A DNA stretch of 62,959 nt, counting the filler, from Guillardia theta CCMP2712 (taxonomy: Eukaryota; Protista; Cryptophyta), in the NCBI RefSeq assembly GCF_000315625.1. It is 7 parts of 7 records of this genome, joined end to end, with 100 filler letters (N's around TTAATTAATTAA, not from the genome) between each part and the next. Parts side by side here need not be neighbours in the genome. Positions count along the whole stretch, not along the records: positions 1 to 12,926 come from NW_005434645.1; positions 13,027 to 28,633 come from NW_005434364.1; 5 more parts are not named here. The stretch is one strand, 5' to 3'. The translations under genes were made by a program, and so were the position numbers. The notes under the pieces are model-generated. The model searched no databases. It worked only from the letters and a program-made list of their open reading frames with translations, and had not been told where the DNA came from. Shown piece by piece: positions 1 through 13,179 of the stretch (position 1 is the stretch's first letter; each line of letters begins with the position of its first letter).

Positions 1-84
1 TCTCCCTCCTCACTGTCTGATCTCTATCTTCTCTTCAATCCTTAAATTCCTCCCTCCTCCCCTCCTCCCATGTCGCGCCTCTAG

Positions 85-646
85 CTGGGAGAACGAGGGC
101 TGAGGCTGAGCGGGGGAGAGCGTCAGCGGGTTGCCCTTGCTCGTGTGCTCCTGCGCGCATCGCCGATCCTGTTGTTGGACGAGGCGACTTCCGCGCTTGA
201 CACGACGACAGAAGTGCATGTGAGATGAGCGAGACTGAATCAGCTCTGACCTGATGAGATTGATAAGACAACCTGTTTCTTGACATCACAACAATGCCTT
301 GTGCTACTGCCTCACTTGCAGTTGCCTGTGCTCCATGGGTCGATGAACAACATTGTGTTTCTGTTCTAATGTTGAGCCTCCTCCTCCTCCTCCTCCTCCT
401 CCTCCTCCTCCTCCTCCTCCTCCTCCTCCTCCTCCTCGACTTTGCCTCCTCCCTGCTATGCTCACTTCAGAACCTTCTCACCATCCCCGCGCGCAGGTGC
501 AGGAGGCTCTCCAAGACGCCTGCAAGGGCAGGACGACAATTTTCATCTCCCATCGGTTGAACGCGGTCTCAGACGCCGACCGCATCGTCGTATTGTCGGA
601 CGGGAGCGTCTGCGAGGAAGGAACACACGAGGAGCTTATCGAAAAG
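85..646 (+). CDS. ABCB-type (ATM1/HMT1-like) ABC transporter, C-terminal nucleotide-binding domain exons (5' partial)
   Basis: Exon 85-219 (AG|...|GT) reads [39 protein letters not shown] (signature, Walker B, D-loop). Exon 497-646 reads [48 protein letters not shown] (H-loop). Confidence 0.9.
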
Positions 647-2199
647 GTTGCTCCTGTATCCTGCCTCCTCCTCTCCCTCCTCTCCCTCCTCCTCCGCCCC
701 CCTCCTCTCCATCCGCCCCTCACGTTCTCATCCCTCATGTCGTCTCCTGCTCCTGCTGCTCCTGCTGCTCCTGCTGCTCCTGCTCCTCCTCCTCTTGGCT
801 GTTCAACGATACACGGCTCCTTCATTCGTTCATCTTCATTCTTTGCATTCTTTGCAACTCTTGCCTTGGCTGAATTTGACACGTCTGCGCTCTCCTTGCT
901 CGTTCTTGTTTTCCCTGTCCTCTTGATCTTCTCTTCGTGGCAACTTGTCCGTCCGGTCTCCACCTCCTGGCTACTTACACCTCCTGCTTTCTCCGTCTTT
1001 ACATCCTCCTCATCTTCATGTTGTACCCTCCTCCTCCTCCTCCTCCTCCTCCTCCTCCTCCTCCTCCTCCTTCATCACTTTAGCGCGGCAAGTACTTCTC
1101 TTTGTGGATGCACCAGCAGCGGCACACAGACTCTACTCCTACTCGCTCTCCTCCTCGCCTCTACTCCCCCTCCAACACAGCTCGTGCGTCGTCCCCATCA
1201 CCTTCCAACGCCCCTTCCATGCTCGGGGTACAGGTGGGAACTTGAGGGGAATAGGAGAGGCATTGACAAGATCCATCAGCCACTGCGAGGAGGATACTCT
1301 CCTGCTACTCCCGCTCCTCCCTCTGCTCCTCCCGCTCCTCCCTCTGCTCCTCCTTCTGCTCCTCCCTCTGCTCCTCCCGCTCCTGCTCGTCGTCCCGCAG
1401 TTCCATCGATCTCGCTGCTTGAGGTAGTAGTCATCGTTGCCGTTGCCCTCCAGTCATTCTCGTTTGCAGGCGCCAAACCATGAGCATCTCTCCCAAGGTG
1501 AAGACAATTGCCTTAGCATCTTGCTCCGACTGCTCCCGCCCTCTATCCCTCTCTAAGCCCTTGTCTCGGCCTCAGTCTCACGCTAAGCCCTCCGTCTCAA
1601 TCTCAATGTTGCTGTTCCTCTATCTCCATCTCCATCTCCATCTCCATCTCCATCTCCATCTCCATCTCCATCTCCATCTCCATCTCCATCTCAGTGTCAA
1701 TGTCAGTCTCAGTTTCTGTCTCCTCTCGTGTGTGCTCGTTCGTCTGACTTGTTCATCGCAGGGGAGTGTCAAGCGGTAGATTGCATGAGCGAAGTCCAAG
1801 GCGACCGCCCTCCCTTCTTCGCTGGCTCGGCGAGCAAGATCGCCTGTTGCAGGGGGCGAGAGTTTCCCACTGGGGTAGTGAGGGAGTTCCGATGCTTTCA
1901 GTGCCGCAACGCGACACTTGACGACGTCAACAGCATCATCGAGCACTTCGAACTCAACGAGAAGGTAAGGGTGCCGATCAAGACAGGCGAAGACATGTTT
2001 CTCTCAGCATGTTTCTCTAAACGACATGTTTCTCTGAACATGATCACTGTTCTCAAAACCATCCCTGTTCTCAACATTATCATGACGCTCGGTACCTTGC
2101 CAGGAGCCATGGCGATTCTTCCCTGGAACCTCTACAGTCTTCACAGCCTCCAGCCCGACCTTCCCTTGCTCCATCTCCGCTCCTCACATCACTGAGCGC

Positions 2200-3956
2200 A
2201 TGCGGCTCAAGGACGGGGCGTTTATCTTGCTGTCCACCCTTGTGAGCCCTCAGCGTTACTGCGGCTCGAGCTCGGGCAGCGGAACAGAGGAGATCAGCTC
2301 GAAGGACTGGAACTTCTGTGCTTTCCTTCGCTTTCCCGACTTTCTTGTAGAAGGCGAGTGTCAAGAGTTTCTCTTGTTCTGTCTGAATTTCTCTTCTCTC
2401 CTCCCTCCTCCTCGTCCCTCTCCCTTCCTGTCTCCCGTCTTCCTCCTCCCGGCAGGCAAGAAACTCGCGCTAGTTGAGCTCATGTCAGCTCGGAACGACT
2501 TCCATCCCAAGTGACCTCCCTCCTCCTCTTGCCAGAATAACCTACTTCTTGCAGACACTCCAAGGCATGTTCGCAGCTCTACGCAAGGACCATTGCTTAC
2601 CACTCGCTCCGGCAGCTCGAGGCTTACGCTCGCTCCCTCGGTTTCGACGCCCTCCGCGTCTTCGTAACCAGCCACTCTCCTGCTGCCGTGGTCTGGCTCA
2701 CCCGGCAAGGGTACGACACAGTCCGTCTCCTTCCCCACAGCTTCTCCTCTGCCCATCGGCCCCTCCTCGACGACTGTGCCTGCTGGACTTCGATCCTCTC
2801 TGCACCTTCGTCCTGCCAGCGGGAAGCCTTGCAGGTCTATCGTCCCTTCTTCCCTCCCCTCCTGCCTCTGACCTCAGTACAGAACGCCATTTTCAACGCT
2901 CGATGCAACAGCCATGGGAAGGAGCAGCATTTCCTTGGTCTGTGGGCAGCGTACGAGCGGCGGCCGGTGCAGTACATGGACGGTACTCAGCTCGGTCAAG
3001 GGTTGAACCTGTCGAGCCAAGAGGTTCTCAAGGGGATCAGAAGCTGCTTCGTGGAGATGGAAGTCGATCTCATCGCAACTCAGTTCGCACGACGACACAC
3101 GGAGGTAGACCTGCTGAGCAGTGCTCGAGCTCCGCTCCTCCTCCTCGTGTACTCAAGTCCTGTGCAGTGGAGCCTTAGAGCACAGTCCATGGAGCAGAGG
3201 TTCCATGCCAACGCGGAGCAGCACAGATGCGAGACGGTGAGGAGGAAGGGACGCTTGCGCGGCTGTTTGTTGCCTGTGACTGAAGCTCTTCCAGCGCTCA
3301 AGGGTGGGAGACGCGAGGGATCTGAAAGAGTTCAGACAAGCAGGAGCAGCGCCGGGGGTCCAGCCATGGCAGAAGCTTCCGGAGCCGTCAGTGCCCCAGA
3401 GAGCGGAGAGACCGTTGGCAGGCCCGACCAGAGTGGAGGATGGGAGGGCAAGGGCGACGGCAAGGAGTCAGAACTCCACGGCTGAGGTGACAGGGCAAGA
3501 GTTCAGGAGACCTCCGACTGACCCCCCACAGGCTGCAGGCGAGCAGACGAGCCTCGTGCGGTGGCTCGGCACAGCAGGGCAACACGGTCAGAGCGCTGGC
3601 TTGCCCGTGCAGGAGGGGAGCGCGAGGGACTCGATGGAGACTCACGATGGTAGGGAGGACGGAGGAGACGAGACAGGAACCAGCACGAGATGGGTGGACC
3701 TGATGAGGGAGTACGGCCTGCTGCACAGGTGGGGCTGGTGCTTGTGCCAGAGGCAGAGGAGGTATGACGTCACGCCAGGCGCACAAAAGTGGCGAGCTTG
3801 AGGAGGAAGTGGACGCGAAGGGAAGCAGCGCAGCAGCAGAAGAGGCCTCCAGTCCTCTTCCCCACGTCTGAAGAGCACCAGGCGCAAGCTGACGTCAGCG
3901 ATTCATCGGCCACCAACACACCCCTGGAGCTCCTGACGCTGGAAGACATAGCGCAG
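2200..3956 (+). CDS. Probable multi-exon hypothetical protein
   Basis: Complex coding-like ORF segments (2200-2514, 2688-3485, 3789-3956) separated by pyrimidine-rich intron-like tracts; no recognisable domain. Confidence 0.3.
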
Positions 3957-6856
3957 GTCAGACCAGCTCTCCTCTTAGCTTTGCGTCTCTGACGTTTCAC
4001 CAGGGCAAGCAGGTCACCGTCAAGCACTTGTGGTCTCGGAGCGAGGCGGCGAGGGAGCAGACTCGATGACGAGGCGCTCTAGGGGAGGGTTTCAATGGTT
4101 CTTGACTTGTAGCTTAAATCTCTCGCGACCTCCCACCATCCGCCTCCTCTCCCGACCCTGCCTTCCTCTCCCCCCCGCCCCTGCACTCCTTCACCCCGCA
4201 TCAAGTTCCCCGCAGCAGCACATGTACACATTCAACCTTTTCATTTCACACATTAAAGACCCTCCACAGAAGATTCACCAGCACTCCGTCGCCGCCTCCA
4301 GCGGGTGGTTCAGGTGCCAGGGCCCTCAAAGCTCATGGGACAGGAGCCTCGGCAAGAAGAAATCTTACTGAGTGCGAGTGGACAATATGTCGAGGCTGTC
4401 GTCTACTACATCTAAAGCAACCAAGACTGCAAGGGACTCAACACTTAGACTCAGGAATACATCTAGTGGGCTCATACGCGAGTGAACTCATCAGCCCTTG
4501 TCCTCCTGTTACCTTGTTGTGACATTCATGCATCTTGACAATGATGATGTAAATCACGCGAGGACGAGGAGGGAGGCAGGAAGAGCGAGCGATGCAGGCA
4601 GACTAGAAGGCAGGCAGGGGAAGGATAGAGGGAGAAAGCGAAGAAGTAGAGGCAGAGGTAGAGATGGATGGCTGGATGGATATGTTGGAGGGTGGAGGGA
4701 TGGAGCGAGGAGGGATGTTGCGAGGAGGGANNNNNNNNNNNNNNNNNNNNNNNNNNNNNNNNNNNNNNNNNNNNNNNNNNNNNNNNNNNNNNNNNNNNNN
4801 NNNNNNNNNNNNNNNNNNNNNNNNNNNNNNNNNNNNNNNNNNNNNNNNNNNNNNNNNNNNNNNNNNNNNNNNNNNNNNNNNNNNNNNNNNNNNNNNNNNN
4901 NNNNNNNNNNNNNNNNNNNNNNNNNNNNNNNNNNNNNNNNNNNNNNNNNNNNNNNNNNNNNNNNNNNNNNNNNNNNNNNNNNNNNNNNNNNNNNNNNNNN
5001 NNNNNNNNNNNNNNNNNNNNNNNNNNNNNNNNNNNNNNNNNNNNNNNNNNNNNNNNNNNNNNNNNNNNNNNNNNNNNNNNNNNNNNNNNNNNNNNNNNNN
5101 NNNNNNNNNNNNNNNNNNNNNNNNNNNNNNNNNNNNNNNNNNNNNNNNNNNNNNNNNNNNNNNNNNNNNNNNNNNNNNNNNNNNNNNNNNNNNNNNNNNN
5201 NNNNNNNNNNNNNNNNNNNNNNNNNNNNNNNNNNNNNNNNNNNNNNNNNNNNNNNNNNNNNNNNNNNNNNNNNNNNNNNNNNNNNNNNNNNNNNNNNNNN
5301 NNNNNNNNNNNNNNNNNNNNNNNNNNNNNNNNNNNNNNNNNNNNNNNNNNNNNNNNNNNNNNNNNNNNNNNNNNNNNNNNNNNNNNNNNNNNNNNNNNNN
5401 NNNNNNNNNNNNNNNNNNNNNNNNNNNNNNNNNNNNNNNNNNNNNNNNNNNNNNNNNNNNNNNNNNNNNNNCCTCTTTCTCCTGCTCCTCCTGCTCATCG
5501 ATAGCCTAGGGCAAAGTTCGCGATCCGCCTTATGTTATTGAGAACCCCGAGCAGTTTGTTTTTGTCTTCATGGATGGGCGGAATTAGGGAGGGAGGGATG
5601 GTTGTAGGGAGGGGGAGGGGGGTAGGGTTGCAAGGCACAGGTTATCATGGACAGCACAGACAAATTAAAAACATTGTAATTTTATTATTGCCCTGGGACA
5701 TAATTAACTTTCGAAAGATACGTATTCCTCAGCTAGGGTGGTATAAGGGGAATATAAGGGTGGTGGTGGTGGTAGTAACTTCTTAAATGATCATGAAAGT
5801 TTACAACCTACCAGCCGTTGGTCAACCGCCGGCCTTACTACCCCACCCCACCCCCCTGGCGCACAAGATACTGGAACCTTTTACAACACTGCAAATTAAC
5901 CTACGAGCTTATCCCCTCCCTCCACCCCTCACTATCCCTCCCCTCCCTCCACCCCTCACTCCAGCTGGTGGATGGGTTCAACGTGGACAGGTCATAACCG
6001 ATTGTAAAACCCTTATAATTGCACTCATAAGGGCCCGACGATGACCCTGCATGTGTGTATGTGTGTGGGGGGTAGTGAGCCGGATTGTTATAACAACCAC
6101 TTATTATTTACGCTCCTTATTCACTTATATGTGTATAATTGCTATAAGTCATGTATTTGGTCTCATAACTTCCCCCCCTTTGGGGCGCGGAAAGGACCCC
6201 CTTTCCCCACCCCGTTCCCACCCCTACCCTCTCACTAAACACCTGGCCCGTGACCATGGCCGCTACTACGGCTGCAGGCCTGTCGTCGACGTCACTCGCT
6301 CTCATCTCCAGGCTGAGATTTCGCTCAACCCTTCACAGGCCCCTTTCTCTCTCGGTAATCTAGAGTTCCCAACTACCCCACCCTATAATGATCAATGACT
6401 CCACCCTACGACTCCTGCCCCAGCTGGGCCAACGATTGAGAACTCAACGCTTCGAATTTTTTCCACGAAACAATTCCTTCTCATGATTTTACCACACCTC
6501 AGTTAAAACACTTTTAGTGCATCTCACGATATGGTGACCCCTTTACCCCCCTCCGCTATATTCACACCACCCCACCCGTCCATTCCGTGAGCAAAAATGC
6601 AGGAAATGACCGGCGATGATACCACCCACCCCTAGACGTCCTTCCCTCCCCGCTCGACCTTACTTCTTGGCGAGGAGCACATCTTACTCCTTCTCTACCG
6701 GCGCCTGCAACCGTAACTGCACAGTGTCACGTTCCTCCCCTCTCCCTCTCCCTCTCCCTCATCTTGAGCCTTCTTCTTCTCTTCACTCAAAGTTCTCATC
6801 TTCAAAGATCCTTCAACGTCGGAATACCACACCCTTACTTTTTGTGAACACAAATT

Positions 6857-7618
6857 ATGCCCCGTCCTCGTGCTCCCGAGCCCATCGTGAAGCTCTCCAA
6901 GGACTTCGCCCTCCTCCTCACCACCTCCGAGGACGCCCGCTGCGAGTTCATCGCGCGCCATGGCAAGGCGAGCTTGTTCAAAGCTCTCTCCGGCTGCGTC
7001 CCCAGCGTCGTCCCCCCCTGCTTGAGCCTGAGCAGCAAGCCGTCGGGGAGCAAGCTGGTGATCACGGAGGCGCAGTTCCTCAAGGTGCTGCAGAAGAGCG
7101 GAGCGTTCAAGAAGTTTAGGCACCGCAAGGCCGCGAGGATCGAGGAGGACCCGTCCGGCGCGGGGATGTGCATGTTCCAGGGAGTGCGGTGGAGAGACCC
7201 GTCGGACGCGTCGGACTACGAGGCGCTGGCTGAAGGCTACAAGGAGATGTGCGGGGCGCACGCGATCTTTGCGGGGGAGTGCTCTTTCGAGCAGCTGGTG
7301 TCGGTGCTGTCAGGGATCGTGCAGCTGTGGCACGCGCGTTGGCCGGAGTTCGGGAGGCGACGGGGGAAGGCTGGGACGCAGAACGGCGAGGAGGGGAGAG
7401 GGAAGGCGGGAGAGTCGAGCGAGCTTGACGACGAGGACTTCAGATCGGACGAGGAAGTGATGAGCAAGGCTCTGTTATCTTGCAACGAGGCGTCGGAGAT
7501 GATCTTGGAGGAGCCGAGTCTGGACGATTTCTGCTTCTTGCCGGAGAGTGAGATGAGCCAGATCCCAACGATGCTGGCAGTCTCAGTCATGAGTGAGATC
7601 GACTTTCTGAACTTGTGA
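6857..7618 (+). CDS. Hypothetical protein, copy 1 of tandem duplicate (253 aa)
   Basis: Intronless ATG-TGA ORF with GC3-rich codons; first ~565 nt almost identical to 9150-9714. Confidence 0.6.
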   Translation: MPRPRAPEPIVKLSKDFALLLTTSEDARCEFIARHGKASLFKALSGCVPSVVPPCLSLSSKPSGSKLVITEAQFLKVLQKSGAFKKFRHRKAARIEEDPSGAGMCMFQGVRWRDPSDASDYEALAEGYKEMCGAHAIFAGECSFEQLVSVLSGIVQLWHARWPEFGRRRGKAGTQNGEEGRGKAGESSELDDEDFRSDEEVMSKALLSCNEASEMILEEPSLDDFCFLPESEMSQIPTMLAVSVMSEIDFLNL

Positions 7619-9149
7619 CGCTCTCAGGCTCTGAAAGCTCTTTGACTTGTTGGAATGCGCGACTCAACTCCTGATTCGCAGCTCCTGACGTGCGGAAGCT
7701 ACCAACTTTTTTTATGTATATTGTTTGTAACCGTACTTCTTTCTATTAAGCTAGACTGAATCTTGTAAGATCTGCTCACTAAATCTTGTAAGATCTGCTT
7801 CACTGAATCTGCATGCTTGCCAAAAGTTTTGTTGTGTTTCTGGGCATCAGTTGGGCATATGTAGTTTTGTTCATTCCTTCTTCCCACAAGGAGCGAAGGC
7901 TTCAGTTTTCTCGCTTGACTCTGATACAGTGGTGCTCAACCCTGAAGGAACTAATGCTTGCAGCTTGCAGGATCTCTTCTTTTGCCATCGAAGGTCTTCA
8001 ATCTCTCACCATCGATCTTCAGAAGGAATCTTGTCTCATTTTTGATTGACTGCAGCCTCATGACAAGCAACTACATTCGCTTTCTGCGCTGTCCGTCTTC
8101 ATACTTGACTCAGTCTTCATATGCAGAGACACAGCTACAAGTGTAGCGTCGTCGGTGCTGATGGCCTGGAGAGGAGAGATGGAACCATCAAATGGCCCTT
8201 CGTTGACTCATTCAAATAAGACAGGCTGATATATTTCAACCTTGAAAAGTCTTGTTCGAAACGCCATGTCACGTTTGAAAAACAAACATCAAAGACTCTT
8301 CAGGCATCATTTGTTTCTTCTGTATCAGAGCTCTTCTTGTGTGACACGCTCATATCGACAATGCTTGAAGTTTCGAACTCAAGATTTGTGTTTCCATTCA
8401 AGTCGCAGTACTATTCAAGAAATTCTGCTTCTCCTGAGATCGTCAATCCTTCTCTCCTCCTCCCTGTTCCTCTTCTCTTCTCCTTCCTACTCCTCTCCTC
8501 TGCTCTCCTCTCCTCTCCTCTGCTCTGCTCTCCTCTCCTCTCCTCTCCTGTTTCTCTCCTCTACCCGTCTCTCCTCCTCCCTGTTCCTCTCCTCTCCTCC
8601 TTCATGTTCCTCTCCTCTCCTCTCCTCTCCTCCTTCATGTTCCCCTCCTCTCCTCCTTCCTGTTCGTATACCTTTCTCGAGCACCACAAATGATGATGAG
8701 CACTTCGAGCACCACGATTGATCGAATGATGAGCCTGTTGGAACAAAGTATGTCACCCCTACCCCCCTCCCCACCTGCCCACAATGTGACAAATGATACC
8801 ACCCCTTCTCTCCACTCCCCTGCACCCTACTGTTCACCCTTAGTCCCAGCAATCCATCTCAACCTGACTCGCTTACCTATCTCCTGCTTCCCGTGCTGAC
8901 CTGTTGGACCTCGTCCTCCTCGTCCTCCTCGTCCTCCTCGTCCTCCTCGTCCTCCTCGTCCTCCTCGTCCTTCTCTCCCTCCTCTCCCTCCTCTCCCTCC
9001 TCTTCACTCAAAGTTTTCTCCTCCTTTCAACGGACTCGTTTCTACTTTCCCTCTGATACAACTCGCAGGTTCCACTCGAGCCCCGGCAGCATAGCTACGT
9101 AGCCGCTTCTCTTACTCGTTCGCTGCATTTTCCTTCCAAGGAGATCACC

Positions 9150-9764
9150 ATGCCCCGTCCCCGTGCTCCCGAGCCCATCGTGAAGCTCTCCAAGGACTTC
9201 GCCCTCCTCCTCACCACCACCGAGGACGCCCGCTGCGAGTTCATCGCGCGCCATGGCAAGGCGAGCTTGTTCAAAGCTCTCTCCGGCTGCGTCCCCAGCG
9301 TCGTCCCCCCCTGCTTGAGCCTGAGCAGCAAGCCGTCGGGGAGCAAGCTGGTGATCACGGAGGCGCAGTTCCTCAAGGTGCTGCAGAAGAGCGGAGCGTT
9401 CAAGAAGTTTAGGCACCGCAAGGCCGCGAGGATCGAGGAGGACCCGTCCGGCGCGGGGATGTGCATGTTCCAGGGAGTGCGGTGGAGAGACCCGTCGGAC
9501 GCGTCGGACTACGAGGCGCTGGCTGAAGGCTACAAGGAGATGTGCGGGGCGCACGCGATCTTTGCGGGGGAGTGCTCTTTCGAGCAGCTGGTGTCGGTGC
9601 TGTCAGGGATCGTGCAGCTGTGGCACGCGCGTTGGCCGGAGTTCGGGAGGCGACGGGGGAAGGCTGGGACGCAGAACGGCGAGGAGGGGAGAGGGAAGGC
9701 GGGAGAGTCGAGCAAACTCGATGGCAAGAAAGGGAAGGAAAAAAAAGATGTAAAGGACCTTTAG
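9150..9764 (+). CDS. Hypothetical protein, copy 2 of tandem duplicate (204 aa, altered/truncated C-terminus)
   Basis: Near-identical to 6857 ORF up to ...KAGESS, then diverges; a remnant of copy-1 3' coding sequence persists at ~9771-9817. Confidence 0.55.
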   Translation: MPRPRAPEPIVKLSKDFALLLTTTEDARCEFIARHGKASLFKALSGCVPSVVPPCLSLSSKPSGSKLVITEAQFLKVLQKSGAFKKFRHRKAARIEEDPSGAGMCMFQGVRWRDPSDASDYEALAEGYKEMCGAHAIFAGECSFEQLVSVLSGIVQLWHARWPEFGRRRGKAGTQNGEEGRGKAGESSKLDGKKGKEKKDVKDL

Positions 9765-10639
9765 TTCTAGATGATCTTGGAGGAGCCGGGTCTGGACTTC
9801 TTGCCGGAGAGTGAGATCATGGCGAGATGCCTGTTTTGTCTCTGTATGCCCAGGCTAAAATGATCGCATGCTACTGTCATAAATATTGAATCACAAGTAT
9901 GTAGACTGTAGACTGATGACCCCTGGACGGCCTTGCAAGCACCTTGACTCGTTGGAGGAGCAAGGCTGCAGAGTCCATGCAGGAAGATGCAAAGGCACGA
10001 GCGGGGCCGATCTCCACCCAGCATTCATACAAGGCAGCATCAAGCTTCGCACAAAACATGCCCTTGCTTCCTCCCTACTGCACTTGTTCATCGTCGGAAT
10101 GCCTTCCAGCTTTGCTCATTCGCCTTCGTGAGCTCAAGGTCCAACCTTGGCCCGAGTGAAGCTCGCTTTTTTATGCACGCCTTGCCGGGTGAAGACCAGC
10201 GTCACCTGCGATCCGATGGGGCCGCTGATGAGTGCCTGAACCTGTCGCAAGACTGTCAGCTCCCTCCCAGCCCCCTTCCCAGCTCCCCCTGGCCCCAGCT
10301 CGACCCCACCTGTGACGGAGGCTGCCCGACGACGACGGCAGAGTTCACAGAGACGATCTGCTCGCGTGTCATCTCAAGAGGCTGCAGACGTCCAAGGTTC
10401 CCACCTGATCGCCGATCTTGATGATCCCGCTGGTGCCTGCTGGGCCCGACGGCAGAATTTCCGTTACCTGCGGGAGGGAGCAGGTCACGATCAATCGTCA
10501 TCGGGATTATTTCGATGCCAGCGCATGACGACGATTCAAACTTCCTCGCTCCTGCCCTTCCCTTCTCTCACCTGCAAGTTCTTCCCGAGCCTGATCCCCG
10601 CGTCTCCCACCTTGGAGCTCTCGTACTGCTGCGGACCAA

Positions 10640-11583
10640 CTCAAGGCACCAAAGTCTTGCCCTCCACTCCATGTACCTCCTTGCTCGACAGAGACATTCG
10701 CTTGCTGTCAAGGTACATCGGGTCACATAAACTCGCCGGCTCCACAACTGGCACACGCACATCTCATCGAGGCTGCTGCTGCGAACAGCAGCCGAATGCC
10801 CGAAGATCTCGCTTGCAATTTCTTGATCCATCCCGTAGGTGAAGTCTGGCAGGCAGCCGGTGACCCCTCGTCCCCCCACTCGTCGTCATCCTCACCGATG
10901 TGTCCTCTTCCAGCTAGAGGCTTGCAGGTGGCGAGGGAGGGAGACACGCGGTACAGCGCCTTGTAGTGCTTGAAACAGTCCTGACCTCCCCGTTACCATG
11001 TCGATTGCACAGGAGGACGGAGAGGGGAAACAAAAGTGAGAGCTGAGCAGAGAAGTGCATGGAGAGAGGGAGAAAGAGCGACGGGAAGAGCGGAAACTGA
11101 GGGAGGGAGGCAGGGAGAGAGGGAGAGGAGGGAGAGGAGGGCAGGGAGGGACCTTCGCAGGGATGAGGTTGTCGTTGAGCCCAGCCATGAAGTGGATCGG
11201 GATGTCGATCAGGTGGTAGTGAGCCATGTAGTCGACCGGCGTCTCTGTGCCTGAGCTCCACAACCCTCGTCAACGTGCCTGGTCAAGGTGGGGGAGGAGG
11301 GAGATCGGACCATAGACGCGCAGGTTGACCTCCGGGCCGTAGTCGAACGAGAGGAAGCGCTTCTGTTGACACGATTTCTTAGCTCCTTTCCTTGTAGTCA
11401 CAGTTGGAACCTTGACGTAGTTGTTCCAAAACTGCAAGAAGACCTTGGAGCTCGTGCCCGCGATCTGGGTGGACCAAATAAGAGTGTGAGAGCGCCGTTG
11501 TTGATGATGATTGTCAAGACGGTGCAAATAGAGATGATGGAGATGATGATGGAAATGATGATGAGAATGATGATGATGATGGA

Positions 11584-11637
<54 letters not shown>

Positions 11638-12627
11638 AATGATGGCACAAGAAACAGGAAGGGAGAGGACCATATTGTCGGTGACCATGCTGACGTGCGA
11701 GTGAACTGTGGCCTTGAAGTCTCCTCCTGCAGCACAGTTCACCTGTCGTCTCCTCCCCTCCTTCACTCTCACTTACCCAGAAACATCTCTCCGCAAGAGT
11801 AGATCAGGTCCCGCAGGGCTGGTAGGCTGACTGCATCCTGCACCAGGCTCAGCGCTCGGAAGTTCCTGAAAGGTCCTCCACCTGCATCAGCTTGCGGGAG
11901 AGATTGCGCGCCGACTGCGACGGGATCGAGAGGGTGTATACCCCGCTCATCTTTACGAGCCTGCGACTTTGACATGAGATACCAGGCACTGGCCTCCTCC
12001 TTTGCCCCAGCCTCCTTCTGACCTCTTCAGGACTGGCCCGAAGTAGCGGCATGCGCGCGGGATGCGGTGATGGTATCCCTGCTGCAAGATGAGGAAGGAG
12101 AAGGAGCTCGAAGACGAAGAGACCGCAGGTGACATGAGAACCATGCGGGACAGACGATGAGGATGCCCAGCTCTCCGCTTGTTCACTGCAACGAGAAGAT
12201 GAGAAAGAAGCAACGTAGTGTAGGAGGTAAGTTGTACGAGCACGTAGGCCATGAGGAGGGAAGAGAAGAGAGGAGCGAGTAGGAGGAAACAGTAAGTGGG
12301 GAGGGCAAAAGGGGGAACAAGGAAGATGAAGAGGACGAGGACGATGACGTGGTGGGTGAAGAAGATAAGAAGGACAAGGCGAACCTAGGTAGATGAGAGA
12401 GGCCGCAGCGCCCATGCTATGTGCAACGAGCGTGATATCAATGGGGCAGGGAGTATGGAGGAGCCGGTCGTCTTCTCCGTCTCGAGAGATTCCAAGTTCT
12501 TGCTGCTTGATCTTCCAGATTTCCTGCTCACATTTCAACTGCCTCATTCCAAGGTGAAGCTGTCGGGGAGTGCCTGGATGAAGGCGTCGAGGTCGAAGTT
12601 CCCGTGGTCGTCAAGGGTGAAATCCCT
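10640..12627 (-). CDS. Alpha/beta-hydrolase lipase (lysosomal acid/gastric lipase-like), multi-exon, 5' partial
   Basis: Exons encode DFTLDDHGNFDL, nucleophile elbow VAHSMG, FLSFDYGPEVNLRVYG, IPIHFMAGLNDNLIP (catalytic Asp region) and GH(I)DFTYG (catalytic His). 3' end approximate. Confidence 0.8.
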
Positions 12628-12926
12628 GGACAAAATCAAACATGCAAAACTTGTACCTCTGACTCCTAGGAGTACGAGGTGGATGGACGGAAGGAGAGAA
12701 GGAGGCGAGGCGAGGTGAGGTGAGGTGAGGTGAGGTGAGGTGAGGGGAGGGGAGGTGAGGTGAGGGAGGGAGGGAGGGAGGGAGGGAGGGAGGGAGGGAG
12801 GGAGGGAGGGAGGGAGGAGGGAGGAGGAGGAGGAGGAGGAGGAGGAAAAAAAAAACTATTTTTTCCCCCCCCCCCCCCGAGCGGGAATTTGTTAACGCGA
12901 AAACAAATTTTTTCTGTTTTTGGGGG

Positions 12927-13026
12927 NNNNNNNNNNNNNNNNNNNNNNNNNNNNNNNNNNNNNNNNNNNNTTAATTAATTAANNNNNNNNNNNNNNNNNN
13001 NNNNNNNNNNNNNNNNNNNNNNNNNN
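12927..13026. other. Artificial contig-join linker
   Basis: N44-TTAATTAATTAA-N44; stops in all six frames. Confidence 0.97.
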
Positions 13027-13132
13027 CCCTCCCTCCCTCCCTCCCTCCCTCCCTCCCTCCCTCCCTCCCTCCCTCCCTCCCTCCCTCCCTCCCTCCCTCC
13101 CTCCCTCCCTCCCTCCCTCCCTCCCTCCCTCC

Positions 13133-13164
<32 letters not shown>

Positions 13165-13179
13165 CTCATTGTCGCTCAC

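Noticed and set aside
4498-5541. Long ORFs spanning N gaps (also 53799-54256 and 30197-30579)
   Set aside because: Length comes from undetermined bases.
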